Below, in pieces: positions 16,674-18,723 of a stretch of 18,723 nt of DNA. How positions within the stretch are numbered: position 1 is the first letter of the stretch; each line of letters begins with the position of its first letter. Position numbers and translations under genes: made by a program. The stretch is taken from the IMG/VR virus record IMGVR_UViG_2778261420_000008, one strand, 5' to 3'. The notes beneath the pieces were generated by a model. That model was not told the DNA's origin. It ran no database searches and was given only the letters and a program-made list of their open reading frames with translations. Origin of the DNA: a virus (taxonomy: Duplodnaviria; Heunggongvirae; Uroviricota; Caudoviricetes).

Positions 16674-18131
16674 TTAGGAGCGCCAAAAAAAACCTGAAAA
16701 CAATATAATAACAGGATAAATTTCAAGGCGACCAAGAATCATAGCTATGCACATTAAACATTTTGCAATGTCATTAAGCACTCCGAATGACGATGCAGTA
16801 GCCCCAAAACCTAATCCCATATTATTAATACATGCAGCCACTGTTGCAAATGATGTAAGAAAATCATATCCCATACCATTTAACACCAGTATAAAAAACA
16901 CCGTGAAGAGAGTATAAAGAAAAAAGAAACTCCATACAGACCTCATTACACGATCTGTAACTATCTTCCCTCCTACATTTACACTCAACAACGCTCTGGG
17001 ATGAGAAAGCTGATTTATCTCGTGTTTGCTTTGTTTGAAAAGTATAAGAAATCGAAGTGACTTAATTCCACCACAAGTTGAACCTATACATCCCCCAAAG
17101 AAACTTGACAACAGCAAAAACACTATCGTGTGCGTGGGCCAACTTGCATAATCCTGCGTAGCTAAACCATTATCAGTGAGCATGGAGCTGGCAAGAAAAA
17201 ACGAATGAATAAAACTTCCATGCAAGTCATACATACCTATATGCCAGACCTGGAAAGAGGTAACAATGATCACCCCTAAGGCTATTAACAGAAAGAAACG
17301 AAGTTCAATATCTCTGATTAAAGGTTTTATCGTTTTCCTGCTAATAACAATATACCAAAGAGTGAAGTTGAAAGCCGATAGCAGGGAAAAAGAACCAGCC
17401 ACCAGCTCAACCAAATAGTTATTAAAATATCCGATACTCTCGCTATGAGTTGAGAAACCACCAAGCGAAACTGTGGAAATCCCGTGACAAATAGCATCAA
17501 ACAAAGGCATTCCTGCAAGTCTATAACAGACAATACAAGCAATACCTAATAAAGAATAAGTTATCCACAGTGTCCGTGACGTATCGGCCAGGCGGGGAGT
17601 GAGTTTGTCATCCTTAAATGGCCCCGGCATTTCTGACTGATAAAGCTTTGCACCACCAATACCCAATAATGGCAATACAGCAACCGCCAGAACAATAACT
17701 CCTAAACCACCTATAAAATTTAACTGTGACCGATAGTACAAATATGCCCGAGGTAATGAACTAACATCATCAATTACAGTTGCTCCTGTTGTTGTTATTC
17801 CAGAAACCCCTTCAAACAGAGCATCAATGAACGTTAAATTAAGTTCTGAGTCAATCCATAAAGGGAATGCACTAATAACAGAAAACAAAATCCAAAACAT
17901 TACAATTATAATAAACCCATCACGGGTACGTAATTGAATGCCAGATTTCTTAGTTGTATACCACGCTCCGCCACCAATGCAAAAAAATATAACGAAAGTT
18001 ATAAAGAAAACGAACAGGCTTTTTTCTTTATAAAACAATGCTACAACCATTGGTGGCAACATTGAAAGACTATAGAGCCAAACCAGGAACCCACACATAT
18101 GAGTAACAACTCTTACATGAGATGTATTCAT
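16674..18131 (-). CDS. trkG: TrkH-family potassium uptake protein TrkG, 485 aa
   Basis: Track ORF 16674..18149; the ATG at 18131 gives MNTSHVRVVTHMCGFLVWLYSL..., which I recognise as E. coli TrkG. Strong similarity to TrkH throughout (SGITTTGATV, LYQSEMPGPFKDDK, GGFSTHSESIGYF, FGRLEIYP). The track start at 18149 is TTG and rejected. Visibly AT-rich compared with neighbouring phage genes. Confidence 0.9.
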   Translation of the reverse strand: MNTSHVRVVTHMCGFLVWLYSLSMLPPMVVALFYKEKSLFVFFITFVIFFCIGGGAWYTTKKSGIQLRTRDGFIIIVMFWILFSVISAFPLWIDSELNLTFIDALFEGVSGITTTGATVIDDVSSLPRAYLYYRSQLNFIGGLGVIVLAVAVLPLLGIGGAKLYQSEMPGPFKDDKLTPRLADTSRTLWITYSLLGIACIVCYRLAGMPLFDAICHGISTVSLGGFSTHSESIGYFNNYLVELVAGSFSLLSAFNFTLWYIVISRKTIKPLIRDIELRFFLLIALGVIIVTSFQVWHIGMYDLHGSFIHSFFLASSMLTDNGLATQDYASWPTHTIVFLLLSSFFGGCIGSTCGGIKSLRFLILFKQSKHEINQLSHPRALLSVNVGGKIVTDRVMRSVWSFFFLYTLFTVFFILVLNGMGYDFLTSFATVAACINNMGLGFGATASSFGVLNDIAKCLMCIAMILGRLEIYPVIILFSGFFWRS

Positions 18132-18268
18132 ATCTAAATATTCTTTCAATTATAACCACCTTGCTGCAATATTATGATTATACTGTATAAAATTTAACTC
18201 CTCTTAGATCTTACTTCACTGTTCCTTATGAAACAATCATCAAAATGAATCATATTGTAGTTAAGATT

Positions 18269-18673
18269 TTACTTTAAACACTGCTCGGTTATGTATTGCT
18301 GAGCACCTTCAAGTTGGGCCTGCATCATTACCAGTCGTTCCCGGAGGGTGAAATAATCCCGTTCAGCGGTGTCTGCCAGTCGGGGGGAGGCTGCATTATC
18401 CACGCCGGAGGCGGTGGTGGCTTCACGCACTGACTGACAGACTGCTTTGATGTGCAACCGACGACGACCAGCGGCAACATCATCACGCAGAACATCATTT
18501 TCAGCTTTCGCATCAGCTAACTCCTTCGTGTATTTTGCATCGAGCGCAGCAACATCACGCTGACGCATCTGCATGTCAGTAATTGCCGCGTTCGCCAGCT
18601 TCAGTTCTCTGGCATTTTTGTCGCGCTGTTCTTTGTAGGCGATGGCTGGATTTGCCCCTATATTTCCAGACAC
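18269..18673 (-). pseudogene. rzpR: Rz-type i-spanin lacking its N-terminal transmembrane segment (5-prime truncated, likely pseudogene)
   Basis: Track ORF. The protein from [51 protein letters not shown]... matches lambda Rz from memory, but the frame opens with GTG at 18673 immediately after an in-frame TAA (18677..18679). None of the three frames upstream to the window end encodes a hydrophobic segment. Confidence 0.7.
18328..18513 (-). CDS. rzoR: Rz1-type o-spanin outer-membrane lipoprotein, 61 aa, embedded in the +1 frame of the Rz gene
   Basis: Track [27 protein letters not shown]... has a signal peptide and lipobox (VVGC), followed by the proline-rich [15 protein letters not shown], nearly identical to lambda Rz1 from memory. 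Entirely nested in the Rz reading frame. Confidence 0.85.
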   Translation of the reverse strand: MRKLKMMFCVMMLPLVVVGCTSKQSVSQCVKPPPPPAWIMQPPPDWQTPLNGIISPSGNDW

Positions 18674-18723
18674 CTGTTATCACTTAACCCATTACTGGCC
18701 TGCTGCCGCAGATATTCCCGTGG

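Noticed and set aside
16454-16735. 93-aa minus-strand ORF spanning the trkG to ParB-like intergenic region
   Set aside because: It overlaps the 3-prime end of trkG and the 5-prime end of the ParB-like gene and runs through the terminator hairpin; hydrophobic nonsense composition.
16674-18149. 491-aa version of trkG starting at a TTG at 18149
   Set aside because: TrkG as I recall it begins MNTSHVRVV, which corresponds to the ATG at 18131; the extra six codons start at a non-ATG codon.
1-18723. Lambda-type cos site and Nu1/A terminase
   Set aside because: Although the tail tip and spanin genes are lambda-like, the terminase and head genes are of a different type (Walker A large terminase followed by portal and a Mu F-like protein). 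No lambda-style packaging module is present in the window, so I did not annotate a cos site.

Overview
The window is the late region of a lambdoid prophage, presented in reverse: every credible gene is on the minus strand, and the plus-strand ORFs in the track are antisense shadows. Reading right to left in window coordinates (the direction of transcription): a truncated Rz spanin with an intact embedded Rz1 lipoprotein, the K+ transporter gene trkG (an AT-rich moron with its own terminator), a ParB-like nuclease-domain protein, a soluble GT-A-like glycosyltransferase-like protein, a small HTH-like protein, small and large terminase subunits, portal, a Mu F / SPP1 gp7-like minor head protein, scaffold, major capsid, a 58-codon ORF, four head-tail joining proteins, major tail protein, a tail assembly chaperone with a programmed -1 frameshift, a 1077-aa tape measure protein, and lambda-like gpM and gpL (L runs off the window start). 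The order Rz fragment - Rz1 - trkG - ParB-like - next gene - ... - tape measure matches what I recall of the E. coli Rac prophage, but with the morphogenetic genes present that are deleted in K-12. The most interesting items are the three-gene ParB-like / glycosyltransferase-like / HTH module directly in front of the terminase, a cluster of six TGCGCA-type palindromes inside the small-terminase gene (candidate pac site), the chaperone frameshift site, and intrinsic-terminator hairpins inside the late operon. All calls rest on reading the sequence and recalled protein families; no database search was run.
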